Position numbers and translations under genes: made by a program. From an uncultured Candidatus Saccharibacteria bacterium (GTDB lineage Bacteria > Patescibacteriota > Minisyncoccia > UBA6257 > UBA11618): a DNA stretch of 44,880 bases. Below are positions 19,087-27,480 of the stretch, one piece after another (positions within the stretch are counted from its first letter, which is position 1; every line of letters starts with the position of its first letter). The notes beneath the pieces are model-generated. The model saw only the letters and a program-made list of their open reading frames with translations, made no database searches and was not told the origin of the DNA. The stretch is taken from NCBI GenBank assembly GCA_964488085.1, contig CAZATK010000002.1:1-44880 (forward strand), read 5' to 3'.

Positions 19087-19647
19087 ATGCGAGATGGTTC
19101 AAAGAAACTTCATTTGATTAAGGACGTTGCTATTTTGGCTCTCAGTATCGCGTTTGCTATTATTCTTGCAAAAAATGGTTTTTGGGAATCTATCATAACA
19201 ACTTATCAGGAATTAAGATTTATAGGCAGTTTTGTTGTCGGAATGTTTTTCACATCTATTCTTACTACGGCTCCAGCTATTATTATGCTGGCAGAATTAT
19301 CTCAAAAATTCCCTCTTTTAGAAGTTGCTTTTTTTGGAGGACTGGGTGCTGTGGTGGGAGATTTGATAATCTTTCTTTTTATTCGAGAATCAGTAATGGA
19401 AGATATTTCTTATTTGTTAAAAAAATCCAAGTTAGAAAGATTAGGGCACATTTTTCGTCTAAAAACCTTCAGAAGATTAATTTTTTTATTGGGCGGTTTG
19501 GTGCTCGCCTCCCCCCTGCCCGATGAATTGGGGTTGGCAATGATGGGATTATCCAAAACTCGAACTTTAATATTTATACCAACCGCCTTTATTTTTAATT
19601 TCTTAGGAATTATGGCTATTGGAATTATTGCTAGATTTTTTAATTAA
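19087..19647 (+). CDS. integral membrane protein, unknown function
   Basis: 186 aa with multiple hydrophobic helices. The overlapping 114-aa ORF in another frame is rejected. Confidence 0.65.
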   Translation: MRDGSKKLHLIKDVAILALSIAFAIILAKNGFWESIITTYQELRFIGSFVVGMFFTSILTTAPAIIMLAELSQKFPLLEVAFFGGLGAVVGDLIIFLFIRESVMEDISYLLKKSKLERLGHIFRLKTFRRLIFLLGGLVLASPLPDELGLAMMGLSKTRTLIFIPTAFIFNFLGIMAIGIIARFFN

Positions 19648-19652
19648 ACGGG

Positions 19653-19790
19653 ATGAAAACTGTTTTTTTCATAATATTAATGCCAATAATAATTATATTT
19701 TTTGTTATTGGACTAATTTATTATTTATTTACTAAAAGCGACGTCGTTTTAGAAACGTGGAACGATATTCTCGAGCCTTTTTGGGTTTAG
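19653..19790 (+). CDS. possible 45-aa small membrane protein
   Basis: My own translation: MKTVFFIILMPIIIIFFVIGLIYYLFTKSDVVLETWNDILEPFWV. Starts 6 nt after the previous stop. Confidence 0.3.
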   Translation: MKTVFFIILMPIIIIFFVIGLIYYLFTKSDVVLETWNDILEPFWV

Positions 19791-19801
19791 CACAATATAT
19801 C

Positions 19802-20608
19802 CTAATTAACTATTAATGTTAATTTAGCAGACGAATATTTTTCTGAGTAAAGATTATGTTGTCCTAAACTAAATACGTTTGTTGAAAGCTCGTAAGATTC
19901 TCCAGGATTTAATAGTTTAATGGATTGGCCAAGATTGCTTATGTTATGTGTAACGCTATCTGCATTTACAAAGATAATTTTATCACCTTTTCTAACAGTC
20001 AATTTTTCCGGAGAAAATTTAAAATCTTTAATCGTTACATTGTGAATAGGCACTTGTATTTGTTCTTTATAGAGAATTTGAAAAGGAGCGCTTTGGCCTT
20101 CCGTACCTTTATTATCTAAAGCAACTTTAATAATATAAGCGCCTATTTGAATGTCTTTTCTCACTGGGTTGTCTTTACTTAAAGAAACACTCCTAGTATC
20201 CCATGTGTGAGAAGTTTGATTATAATTAAGTCCCGATGTAATCCAGCCAGCTATTTCTTTAGTTTGCGCATTAACGAGATAAACTCCGCCAATCAGTCCC
20301 ACTGTATAGCCGGTGGCGTTGTCCCATTTTATAGTATGGCTTTTACCAAATTCCCATTGTTCGTTGGCTGTTGGTGAAAGAATAATTGGTGCTTTAGGAG
20401 TCTTCCATTTTAGCGTTGTAGTTTTTTGTTGAGTGGTGTTTCTAGTTGTCTCGGTTGTCTGAGTTTGGCTTGTAGATTGAGCAGTAGATTGAAGAATAAT
20501 CAGCTTGGTTTTTATTGATTTTAATTTAAGATTTTGAAAGTAAACGACGGTCAATAAAACGACAATAATACCGGCAATCCAAAAGTATTTTTTGTTTATT
20601 AGTTGCAT
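19802..20608 (-). CDS. secreted protein with C-terminal cupredoxin-like fold lacking the Cu-ligand Cys
   Basis: Signal anchor and T/Q-rich linker. C-terminus VTIKDFKFSPEKLTVRKGDKIIFVNADSVTHNI...LYSEKYSSAKLTLIV resembles a plastocyanin-type domain, but no Cys is present. Confidence 0.6.
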   Translation of the reverse strand: MQLINKKYFWIAGIIVVLLTVVYFQNLKLKSIKTKLIILQSTAQSTSQTQTTETTRNTTQQKTTTLKWKTPKAPIILSPTANEQWEFGKSHTIKWDNATGYTVGLIGGVYLVNAQTKEIAGWITSGLNYNQTSHTWDTRSVSLSKDNPVRKDIQIGAYIIKVALDNKGTEGQSAPFQILYKEQIQVPIHNVTIKDFKFSPEKLTVRKGDKIIFVNADSVTHNISNLGQSIKLLNPGESYELSTNVFSLGQHNLYSEKYSSAKLTLIVN

Positions 20609-20628
20609 CTACCTATAATAGCACAAAA

Positions 20629-20645
20629 CCTGCCTTTAGGGCAGG
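20629..20645 (-). terminator. hairpin after RNase P RNA
   Basis: cctgcc-loop-ggcagg flanked by A/T runs, immediately 3' of rnpB on the minus strand. Confidence 0.5.
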
Positions 20646-20652
20646 GTTTGTG

Positions 20653-21072
20653 AGTGGCAAGCAATAAGCCGGATTCTGTCGAGGACAACCATTTATCTAA
20701 GCGGCACCCCGCCAGTGCAACGCACTGGCGGTACGGCCTTGCATTCAAGTAAGGATTTAGCTGTTTCACTTCTGGCTTGTGTCCCTATACCAGATTTAGA
20801 CCAACTAGCTTGGGATTGGGTCTCCTCGCGACTTTCGTCGCGGGGCATCACTGTTCGCACCTCTGTATTACTACTGACGAGCTTGCGCTCGCTACCTTAT
20901 TACTTTTCTTCAAAGTGAATGTCCGGACTTTCCTCCAACTTTGTTTGAGCGAAGCGAAACTACAAAGTTGAGAGCCTCGCCGAAGCCCTAAAGGGCGAAG
21001 GCGGGCACATCATATTTTGTAATTTATCACTAGCTTGAAAACAAAATCAGCGATTGTCTAACTTACCACTGT
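20653..21072 (-). ncRNA. rnpB: RNase P RNA (bacterial type-A-like)
   Basis: Minus strand carries GAGGAAAGTCCGGAC (plus 20921-20935, P4 5' strand) and ACAGAATCCGGCTTA (plus 20665-20679, P4 3' strand). P1 pairs agtggtaag (21062-21070) with cttgccact (20653-20661). TATAAT lies at plus 21077-21082. Ends are approximate. Confidence 0.85.
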
Positions 21073-21096
21073 CCGTATTATAACATATTTATAATA

Positions 21097-21510
21097 TTAA
21101 AGCAAGTGGCTGTCTAATTCTTCATTCACTAATTTATCCGCCTCAACGTTTTTTTCTCTTGGCACTAAATTAAATTTAACGGACTTGAAGTCCTGTTTTA
21201 AATTCCAAACCTCAATGAATAATAATTGCAAATCAACATCCTTAACTTTATATTCTCCACCAACTTGTTTATAAAGAAGTTCGCTATCCACATTTATTTC
21301 CAAAATAAATTCTTTGGCTTTATCTTTGCCAAATATCTGAGTGACTTTTTTTAAAGCAAAAATAACAGCTTTATATTCAGCAACATTATTAGTTGTTTCT
21401 CCTATATATTCTTTATATCCGCGATCTCCTATCAATGCGCCTATTGCGGCATGACCCGGATTGCCCCTAGCTCCTCCATCAGTGAATATGATTAATTTAT
21501 TATGGACCAT
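21097..21510 (-). CDS. rnhA: ribonuclease HI
   Basis: FTDGGARGNPG, NNVAEYKA, DSELL and NVEADKL supply the D-E-D-D set. Confidence 0.85.
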   Translation of the reverse strand: MVHNKLIIFTDGGARGNPGHAAIGALIGDRGYKEYIGETTNNVAEYKAVIFALKKVTQIFGKDKAKEFILEINVDSELLYKQVGGEYKVKDVDLQLLFIEVWNLKQDFKSVKFNLVPREKNVEADKLVNEELDSHLL

Positions 21511-22328
21511 GGTAATGGTTTATTAATTTCTACCGTAAAACCTGCTGATGCTTTATGGCCACCACCGCCAAATTTTTCGGCAATTTCGGCAACATCAACA
21601 CTGCCGTCAGAACGCAGGGATACTATAATTTTACCGTCTTTTTTGCTCCACACAATACCTATAGGAGGCATTTTTTTAACTAAAGCGCTTCCGAGATCAG
21701 ACGAAAAAAAACTAGGACCATTAGCGGCAAGAGTTTTATATTTCTCAAATTCCACTTGTTCGCTATAACTATTCACTATTTTTTTTATCAAATGTTCTTT
21801 ATAAGAACTAATTATTTTTCCTTGCTCTATTATTTTTTTCTTTTTTAAAGAAACATCTATATTTTTTATAATCTTATCCCATTTATTAAAATCAAATTCC
21901 GTTGTTTCTAAAACATTCATAATTTCTCTGGTATGAGGAATTTTAAAACGCCACAAATCAATATCTTCTATGTGCTTTAATAATGTCGGCACCGGTTTGT
22001 CTGGATGAAAATATTTCCAAGATAGGATAGCCCCTGATTGATTGATGTCAAATAAATAATCTTTGGTAATCATTACCGCGTCTTTTGCCGTTATGTGATG
22101 ATCAATCGCAGTAACTCTTTTATTATTTTTTATCAAATCTTTAACAACATTAATAGAATAAGAAAAGTCTATAAAATATAACTCTTTATCAATTAAACCT
22201 TCTACTACTTGTTTATGATGCTGAAGGCCTATGTACTCAGCATTGTTTTTAAATTTTTTCCAAGCGGCCCAAGCACCGCCAAATCCATCTGGACAGTTGC
22301 CGTGATATAAAACAACTATATTTTTCAT
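21492..22328 (-). CDS. DHH/DHHA1-family phosphoesterase
   Basis: HGNCPDGFGGAW, AIDHH and GGGHKASAGF motifs. Confidence 0.85.
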   Translation of the reverse strand: MKNIVVLYHGNCPDGFGGAWAAWKKFKNNAEYIGLQHHKQVVEGLIDKELYFIDFSYSINVVKDLIKNNKRVTAIDHHITAKDAVMITKDYLFDINQSGAILSWKYFHPDKPVPTLLKHIEDIDLWRFKIPHTREIMNVLETTEFDFNKWDKIIKNIDVSLKKKKIIEQGKIISSYKEHLIKKIVNSYSEQVEFEKYKTLAANGPSFFSSDLGSALVKKMPPIGIVWSKKDGKIIVSLRSDGSVDVAEIAEKFGGGGHKASAGFTVEINKPLPWSIIN

Positions 22329-22453
22329 CCCTCACTCAAGAAGAATTAGCTTCGCTATATAGCTAATTCTAATAAAAAAGACCTTTAATGATCGTCTTGT
22401 TTGATTGTGTATTCTATAATTAATCATTCTTAGATATTCTTCTTGAGTGAGGG
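22329..22453 (-). promoter_or_regulatory. structured leader with an 18-bp perfect long-range helix abutting the DHH start codon
   Basis: ccctcactcaagaagaat (22329-22346) is the exact reverse complement of 22436-22453. A 9-bp inner hairpin lies at 22343-22369. On the mRNA strand the 3' arm ends ...GAGTGAGGG immediately before the ATG. Confidence 0.5.
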
Positions 22454-22474
22454 ACAAGTCAAGGCATTATATAG

Positions 22475-23458
22475 TTAAAGGCTGTTGTTTTCTAGTGCCT
22501 CCAGAGCAGGTAGTTTTTTGCCGGATAAAAACTCAAACATTGCCCCTCCGCCAGTAGATATGAAACTAAAACGATTTTCTATACCTAGTGTTTTAAGCAG
22601 TTGATTAGTGTCCCCTCCTCCCACTACCGTAAATGCGTTTGAGTCGGCAACCGCTTCCGCAATTTTTTTAGAACCATTTAAGTATTTAGGATTTTCAAAC
22701 AAACCCAACGGCCCACTCCAAATAATAGTTTTGGCCTCCCTAATTATTTCCGAATATTTTTTTATGGTTTCGGGGCCAATATCAAAACCATCATTATTAT
22801 CAGTTGAAAATATAACATTCCGATGGGCGGGTAAATTGGAGATTGAAGATTTATTGTATGCGCCTCCCATTAAAAAGTAATCGGCCTTATCTTTAAAATT
22901 TTCTATCATGCCAGCTTTGTCGGCAATTTTAATTCCGCCAATAATAACAATCAAGGGTTTTTCCGGGTTTATCATAACCTTAGAGAGATTTTCAATTTCT
23001 TTTTCTAAAAGTAATCCTGCGTAAGACGGCAAAAATTTAGTAATGGCCACTAATGAAGCGCACGAGCGATGACTTGTCGCAAAATCGTCATTAACAAAAA
23101 AATCTCCCCTACTGGCCAATTCTTGACCAAATTCCACATTATTTTCTTGTTCGCGACGATCAAAACGAAGATTCTCAAGCCACTCTAATTTATGGCCTAT
23201 TTTTTTGGACAATATTTCAATAAACGGCGCGAGCGATAATTCTAGGTCTATACCATCAGGCCTTCCACGATGACTCAAGATAATAATTTTCGCCCCGTTT
23301 TCTTCTAGAAATTTTATAGTAGGAATAACTGCGTCTATTCTTAGAGATTCCTTATCGGGATTTTTAATATCTAAATTAATTCTTAAAAGGCAAGTTTTGT
23401 TATTTATACCGCCTTTTTCAAGTTGACTTAAAAATTGCATAAGTATATAATATATCAA
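22475..23458 (-). CDS. pgk: phosphoglycerate kinase (short)
   Basis: ILSHRGRP, VGGGDT and STGGGAMFEFLSGKKLPALEAL. The start may be the internal MQFLSQ (23440). Confidence 0.9.
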   Translation of the reverse strand: MIYYILMQFLSQLEKGGINNKTCLLRINLDIKNPDKESLRIDAVIPTIKFLEENGAKIIILSHRGRPDGIDLELSLAPFIEILSKKIGHKLEWLENLRFDRREQENNVEFGQELASRGDFFVNDDFATSHRSCASLVAITKFLPSYAGLLLEKEIENLSKVMINPEKPLIVIIGGIKIADKAGMIENFKDKADYFLMGGAYNKSSISNLPAHRNVIFSTDNNDGFDIGPETIKKYSEIIREAKTIIWSGPLGLFENPKYLNGSKKIAEAVADSNAFTVVGGGDTNQLLKTLGIENRFSFISTGGGAMFEFLSGKKLPALEALENNSL

Positions 23459-23478
23459 TCAATTAAAAATTAGAAATT

Positions 23479-23751
23479 ATGGCGCATACAAAATCTTTAG
23501 GCTCAACAAAATTAGGCAGGGACTCGGCATCTAAACGTCTTGGCATCAAGAAAAATCACGGAGAACATGCTGATTCGGGGCAGATTATTTTAAGACAAAG
23601 GGGTACTCGTTATATTCCCGGCGCAAATGTGGGGCGTGGCGGAGACGATACTCTTTACGCTCTCAAGACTGGAGTTGTAAAATATGCTTCGAGTAAAAAG
23701 GTAAATTTCGATCGCTCTAGAAGATTTATTAAGATTGTTAGTGTCCACTAA
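23479..23751 (+). CDS. rpmA: ribosomal protein L27
   Basis: MAHTKSLGSTKLGRDS..KRLGIK...ILRQRGTRYIPGANVGRGGDDTLYA. Confidence 0.95.
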   Translation: MAHTKSLGSTKLGRDSASKRLGIKKNHGEHADSGQIILRQRGTRYIPGANVGRGGDDTLYALKTGVVKYASSKKVNFDRSRRFIKIVSVH

Positions 23752-24163
23752 CAAGTATTTTAATCTTTTCTTTTACTCCTTTTCCAAAGTTTATTTCTAT
23801 TTCATTTTCCCCATTCTTTTTTATGGGATTGTCTATTTCCACTTTAACTTCTTTTAATCCTCTCTGAACAAGGGATTTTTCTATATCTTCTTTTTTTACA
23901 GAACCATAAACCTCTCCCCTCTCTCCAACTTTTAATTTAAATTCCAAAGGATTTTCAGTTAATTCCTTTAAATATTTTTTAATTCCCAATAACCTGTTTT
24001 TTTCTTTTATTTCCGTTTCCGTTTTTATTTTTAATCCTTCGGCATTAAGCGGTGTAGCCATTTTTTTAGGAATTAAAAAATTACGAGCGTAGCCATCATT
24101 AACTTCTTTTACGTCAAATCTGCGTCCCACACCGCGAATATCTTGCAATAAAACAATCCGCAT
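23738..24163 (-). CDS. rplI: ribosomal protein L9
   Basis: MRIVLLQDIRGVGRRFDVKEVNDGYARNFLIPKKMA. Its 3' end converges on rpmA with a 14-nt overlap. Confidence 0.92.
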   Translation of the reverse strand: MRIVLLQDIRGVGRRFDVKEVNDGYARNFLIPKKMATPLNAEGLKIKTETEIKEKNRLLGIKKYLKELTENPLEFKLKVGERGEVYGSVKKEDIEKSLVQRGLKEVKVEIDNPIKKNGENEIEINFGKGVKEKIKILVSGH

Positions 24164-24169
24164 TGTTTC

Positions 24170-25393
24170 TTATTTAACTAGTCCTTTAATTACTTCCAGC
24201 GCTTTGTCTAATTGAGGATCTTTCTTTTTCTCAATATCTTCATCGGATAGTTTGACTACGAAATCTGGTTCTAGTCCGTTTTTGTCAATTTGTTGCCCTT
24301 TAGGTAATATCCAGTGAGCTATTGTTATTTTTATAGTTGATCCATCGTGCAAATTCTTTAATTCTTGAACCGTTCCTTTGCCAAAGCTTTTTTCACCAAC
24401 TATTTTTATTCCTAGATGATCCCGCAATGCGCCGGCTAAAATTTCACTGGCAGATGCCGAGCCACTGTTAATTAAAATTATGATAGGAATATCTCCTACT
24501 ATACTGCCACCAGTTGCTTTAAATGTTTCTTTTTTACCGGAGCGAAATTCTTCGTAAACCACATCTTTTCCAGATTCTAAAAATAATCCAGCTATGGAGA
24601 TTGCGCTGTCCAAATATCCTCCGGGATTATTTCTTAAATCTAAAATAATTCCTTTAGCATTTTCATTTTTAATTTTTTCTATCGTTTCAGCCATTAAAAC
24701 AGGACTTACTTCGTTAAAAGTAAATAATTGAATATAGGCAATCTGTTCGTCTTTCATCTTCCATTCTATAACAGGTATCTTAATAATATCCCTGATAATT
24801 GTTTTTTTAATTGGTTTTTCCTGCCCGTTCCTTCCAATGGTCAAATTAACTTGCGTACCCTTAGGGCCTCTTATTAATTTTACGGCGTCGTTAATATTAA
24901 AACTGCTGGTAGAACTTGCATTAACTTCTAATATTTTATCGCCACTGCGTAATCCAGCTTTTTCTGCCGGTGAGTCCTTAAGAGGCGCTATAATAATCAA
25001 TTGATCATTTTTAAATCCTATTTCCGCGCCTATTCCGCCGAAACTGCCATTCAGGTCTTCAGAAAACTTTTTAGAGTCTGAAGGGCTGAAAAATGTAGAA
25101 TGCGGATCTTTTAAGGCCTCTACTAAACCGCTAGCCGCTCCATAAACTAAATCTTGATTTTTAATGTCACCGGCATTAAGATGTAACTCCTTAATAGTTT
25201 TCCATGTTTCCCAGAACACTCCAAAATCAGCGTTGGTTACTAACCCGTCTTCAATATTATCGACGCCTTTAATAATTATCGTTTTTGGATAATAAGTTCC
25301 TGCGTAAAATCCTGCAAGGGCTGTTCCACAAAGTATTAAAAGCGCTATCAGTACGAAAATTTGGGTGTTATATTTTTTGAAAAATCTGTTCAT
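24170..25393 (-). CDS. ctpA: carboxy-terminal processing (S41) protease
   Basis: GGIGAEIG, a PDZ segment and LINSGSASASEILAG. Start set at MNRFFKKY; the 13 upstream codons of the ORF track lie in a GC hairpin. Confidence 0.88.
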   Translation of the reverse strand: MNRFFKKYNTQIFVLIALLILCGTALAGFYAGTYYPKTIIIKGVDNIEDGLVTNADFGVFWETWKTIKELHLNAGDIKNQDLVYGAASGLVEALKDPHSTFFSPSDSKKFSEDLNGSFGGIGAEIGFKNDQLIIIAPLKDSPAEKAGLRSGDKILEVNASSTSSFNINDAVKLIRGPKGTQVNLTIGRNGQEKPIKKTIIRDIIKIPVIEWKMKDEQIAYIQLFTFNEVSPVLMAETIEKIKNENAKGIILDLRNNPGGYLDSAISIAGLFLESGKDVVYEEFRSGKKETFKATGGSIVGDIPIIILINSGSASASEILAGALRDHLGIKIVGEKSFGKGTVQELKNLHDGSTIKITIAHWILPKGQQIDKNGLEPDFVVKLSDEDIEKKKDPQLDKALEVIKGLVK

Positions 25394-25582
25394 CCCGTTA
25401 GAGATAGGTCGCCTTGGGCGACCGCAACACAACTATTTTATTTAATATCGACTTTGTTTTGAGAAAGTTCTTGTACTTCATAATTAGCTAATTTAGTTAT
25501 CTCTAACGGGATTCATAGTTAATATTTAATATGATAATGATTTTTTGATAATTTAACAAGATTATGATAGATTAAAGCCGAA

Positions 25583-25849
25583 GTGGACCCCTTTGATTTA
25601 CTAAGCGAAAATTATTTTGAAGAGATAGATGATAGGGCGAAAAAATCAAAAGTTTATAAATCGTATCAATTAATTGGTTTGCAAATTGCTGAATTACTGG
25701 GTGACAATAAATACAAGGCCTTATATATCAAGCTTGCCAAGAAATATGACAATACTCATTTATTAAATCTGGCAAAAAGCGTATCAGAAAATAAAAATAT
25801 TAAAAATAAAGGAGCGTATTTTATGAGTATTTTATTTAAGAAAAAATGA
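25583..25849 (+). CDS. hypothetical small protein
   Basis: 88-aa ORF with GTG start. Overlaps def by 4 nt (ATGA-type), which suggests translational coupling. No motif recognised. Confidence 0.5.
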   Translation: MDPFDLLSENYFEEIDDRAKKSKVYKSYQLIGLQIAELLGDNKYKALYIKLAKKYDNTHLLNLAKSVSENKNIKNKGAYFMSILFKKK

Positions 25850-26316
25850 CAAAATTATTTACCATAGACAATAAAGAAGAAGAAAAATTTTTAAGGAAAA
25901 AACCAGCTGATTTTGATTTCTCTAAATATTCTAAAAAGGAAATAAAGGAATTAATAAAAACCATGAGAACAATAATGAAGTTATCTGACGGCATAGGATT
26001 GAGCGCTAATCAGATAGGATTGAATTTAAATTGTTTTGTAGCTGAAGTGGATAATAAATTTTATGCTATTTTTAATCCTAAAGTTATTAAACTTTCTAAA
26101 GAAAATGATGACATGGAAGAGGGGTGTTTAAGTGCGCCTAATAATTTCGGAGTTGTTAATAGGGCTGATAAAATTTGGTTGGAGAGCTTCGATTCTAACG
26201 GTAAAAAAATAAAACTGAAAGTTTGGGGTTTTTTGGCAAGAATTTTTCAACACGAAGTTGATCATCTTAATGGTACGCTTTTTGTAGATAAGTGTAAGGA
26301 TTTACGCAAAATATAA
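25846..26316 (+). CDS. def: peptide deformylase
   Basis: GIGLSANQIG, EGCLS and HEVDHLNG. Confidence 0.93.
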   Translation: MTKLFTIDNKEEEKFLRKKPADFDFSKYSKKEIKELIKTMRTIMKLSDGIGLSANQIGLNLNCFVAEVDNKFYAIFNPKVIKLSKENDDMEEGCLSAPNNFGVVNRADKIWLESFDSNGKKIKLKVWGFLARIFQHEVDHLNGTLFVDKCKDLRKI

Positions 26317-26427
26317 AATCCCAAGCACCAATGTCCAAATCCCAACAAATGACCAAATCACAAATCCCAATAATTTGGGATTTTAACTATTGGGATTTTA
26401 TTGGTCATTGGTCATTGAGATTTGGGG
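26316..26427. repeat. nested imperfect palindrome built from AAATCCCAA / TTGGGATTT units
   Basis: aaatcccaa at 26316, 26337 and 26362. ttgggattt at 26375 and 26390, and atttgggg at 26420. aatgaccaa is mirrored by ttggtcatt x2. Confidence 0.8.
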
Positions 26428-26431
26428 TTTT

Positions 26432-27298
26432 ATGAAATATATTTTCTTCGGTACGCCGGAATTTTCAGCTATTATTTTAGATAAATTAATCAAAGCGGAT
26501 TTTGTTCCGACAGCCGTTGTCACAAATCCTGATCGCCCTGCTGGCAGAGGAAAGATTTTAACAGCTTCGGCTGTTAAAACGAGAATAATGAATCAGGAAT
26601 CAGGAATTAGGAATACAATTAAAATTTTACAGCCGGAAACTTTGGATGGTCTATTTATTAACGAGCTTGAGTCAGTTGGCGCTGAAGCGGGTGTTTTAGT
26701 AGCTTATGGTAAAATTATTCCTAAAGAAGTTATAAATGTTTTTCCAAAAGGAATAATTGTTATTCACCCCTCTTTATTACCTAAATATCGAGGCGCGACA
26801 CCCATTCAAAACGCCATCTTAAATGGCGATGAAAAAACTGGAACAACTTTATTTTTAATGGACGAGAAGATTGATCACGGACCAATTATCGCGAATAAGA
26901 AAGCAGGAATTATGAATGACGATACTTATGAAACTTTATCGCAAAAACTTGCGGGATTAAGTGGAGATCTGCTTATAAATACTCTACCGGAATATTTAGA
27001 AGGAAGGGTTTTACCTAAGGAGCAGAATCATTCTCAAGTTACTTATACTAAAAAATTTACCAGCGAAGACGGATTTGTTGATCCAGTTGATCTAAAAGAG
27101 GCCTTAGAAAAAAAACGCCCCCCCAAAGCAGAAATTATCTGGTGTAAGGTGAGGGCTTTAAATCCCGAACCGGGCGTGTGGACGATATGGAAAGGAGGCA
27201 GGCGTATGAAAATTTTAGAGGCAGACCTTATTAATGGCAATCTGAATCTGAAGAGGGTTCAGTTTGACGGGGAGAAACCTCGTCTGATGGCGGAATAG
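26432..27298 (+). CDS. fmt: methionyl-tRNA formyltransferase
   Basis: IFFGTPEFS and HPSLLPKYRGATPIQ. Start moved to MKYIFFG because the upstream 14 codons are repeat sequence. Confidence 0.9.
   Translation: MKYIFFGTPEFSAIILDKLIKADFVPTAVVTNPDRPAGRGKILTASAVKTRIMNQESGIRNTIKILQPETLDGLFINELESVGAEAGVLVAYGKIIPKEVINVFPKGIIVIHPSLLPKYRGATPIQNAILNGDEKTGTTLFLMDEKIDHGPIIANKKAGIMNDDTYETLSQKLAGLSGDLLINTLPEYLEGRVLPKEQNHSQVTYTKKFTSEDGFVDPVDLKEALEKKRPPKAEIIWCKVRALNPEPGVWTIWKGGRRMKILEADLINGNLNLKRVQFDGEKPRLMAE
26583..26617 (+). repeat. degenerate heptanucleotide tandem repeat (GAATNNN x5) inside fmt
   Basis: gaataat gaatcag gaatcag gaattag gaataca. Confidence 0.8.
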
Positions 27299-27446
27299 TT
27301 TGAACTTGTTGACCGCATTTCATGCAACAATCTCTTATTACAGGTTGTCCGCAACATTGACTTAAGGGGAATTTTACTTCTTCCGGAATCATTTTTCGAT
27401 ATTTTTCAAGTCTGCGCTTTATAAGCTCTCTCCACTTCATATTCAC
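27231..27446 (-). CDS. possible small Cys-rich protein
   Basis: 71-aa ORF with GTG/ATG start 6 nt after GGAGA. CC-x8-CC-x2-C cluster. The last 22 codons overlap the fmt 3' end convergently, which lowers confidence. Confidence 0.3.
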   Translation of the reverse strand: MNMKWRELIKRRLEKYRKMIPEEVKFPLSQCCGQPVIRDCCMKCGQQVQTIPPSDEVSPRQTEPSSDSDCH

Positions 27447-27480
27447 GAGTTTTCTCCGTTATTTTAAGAAGCTAAAAGTA

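Noticed and set aside
19182-19526. 114-aa plus-strand ORF
   Set aside because: It is an alternative frame within the membrane-protein gene 19087-19647. The sequence is Arg/Cys-rich and lacks membrane character, whereas the longer frame gives coherent TM helices.
20715-20971. Two plus-strand ORFs of 67 and 64 aa
   Set aside because: They overlap the RNase P RNA gene on the opposite strand. The open frames are explained by the GC-rich structural RNA.
25394-25432. N-terminal extension MCCGRPRRPISNG of the ctpA ORF, and the MGFYWSLVIEIWGF extension of fmt at 26390
   Set aside because: Both extensions are translations of hairpin or repeat DNA. Conserved-looking N-termini and better start contexts occur at the internal Met codons.
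26316-26427. CRISPR-like array from repeated AAATCCCAA units
   Set aside because: The units are only 9 nt, occur in both orientations, and have irregular spacers of 3-16 nt. That forms a nested palindrome, not a repeat-spacer array, and there are no cas genes.
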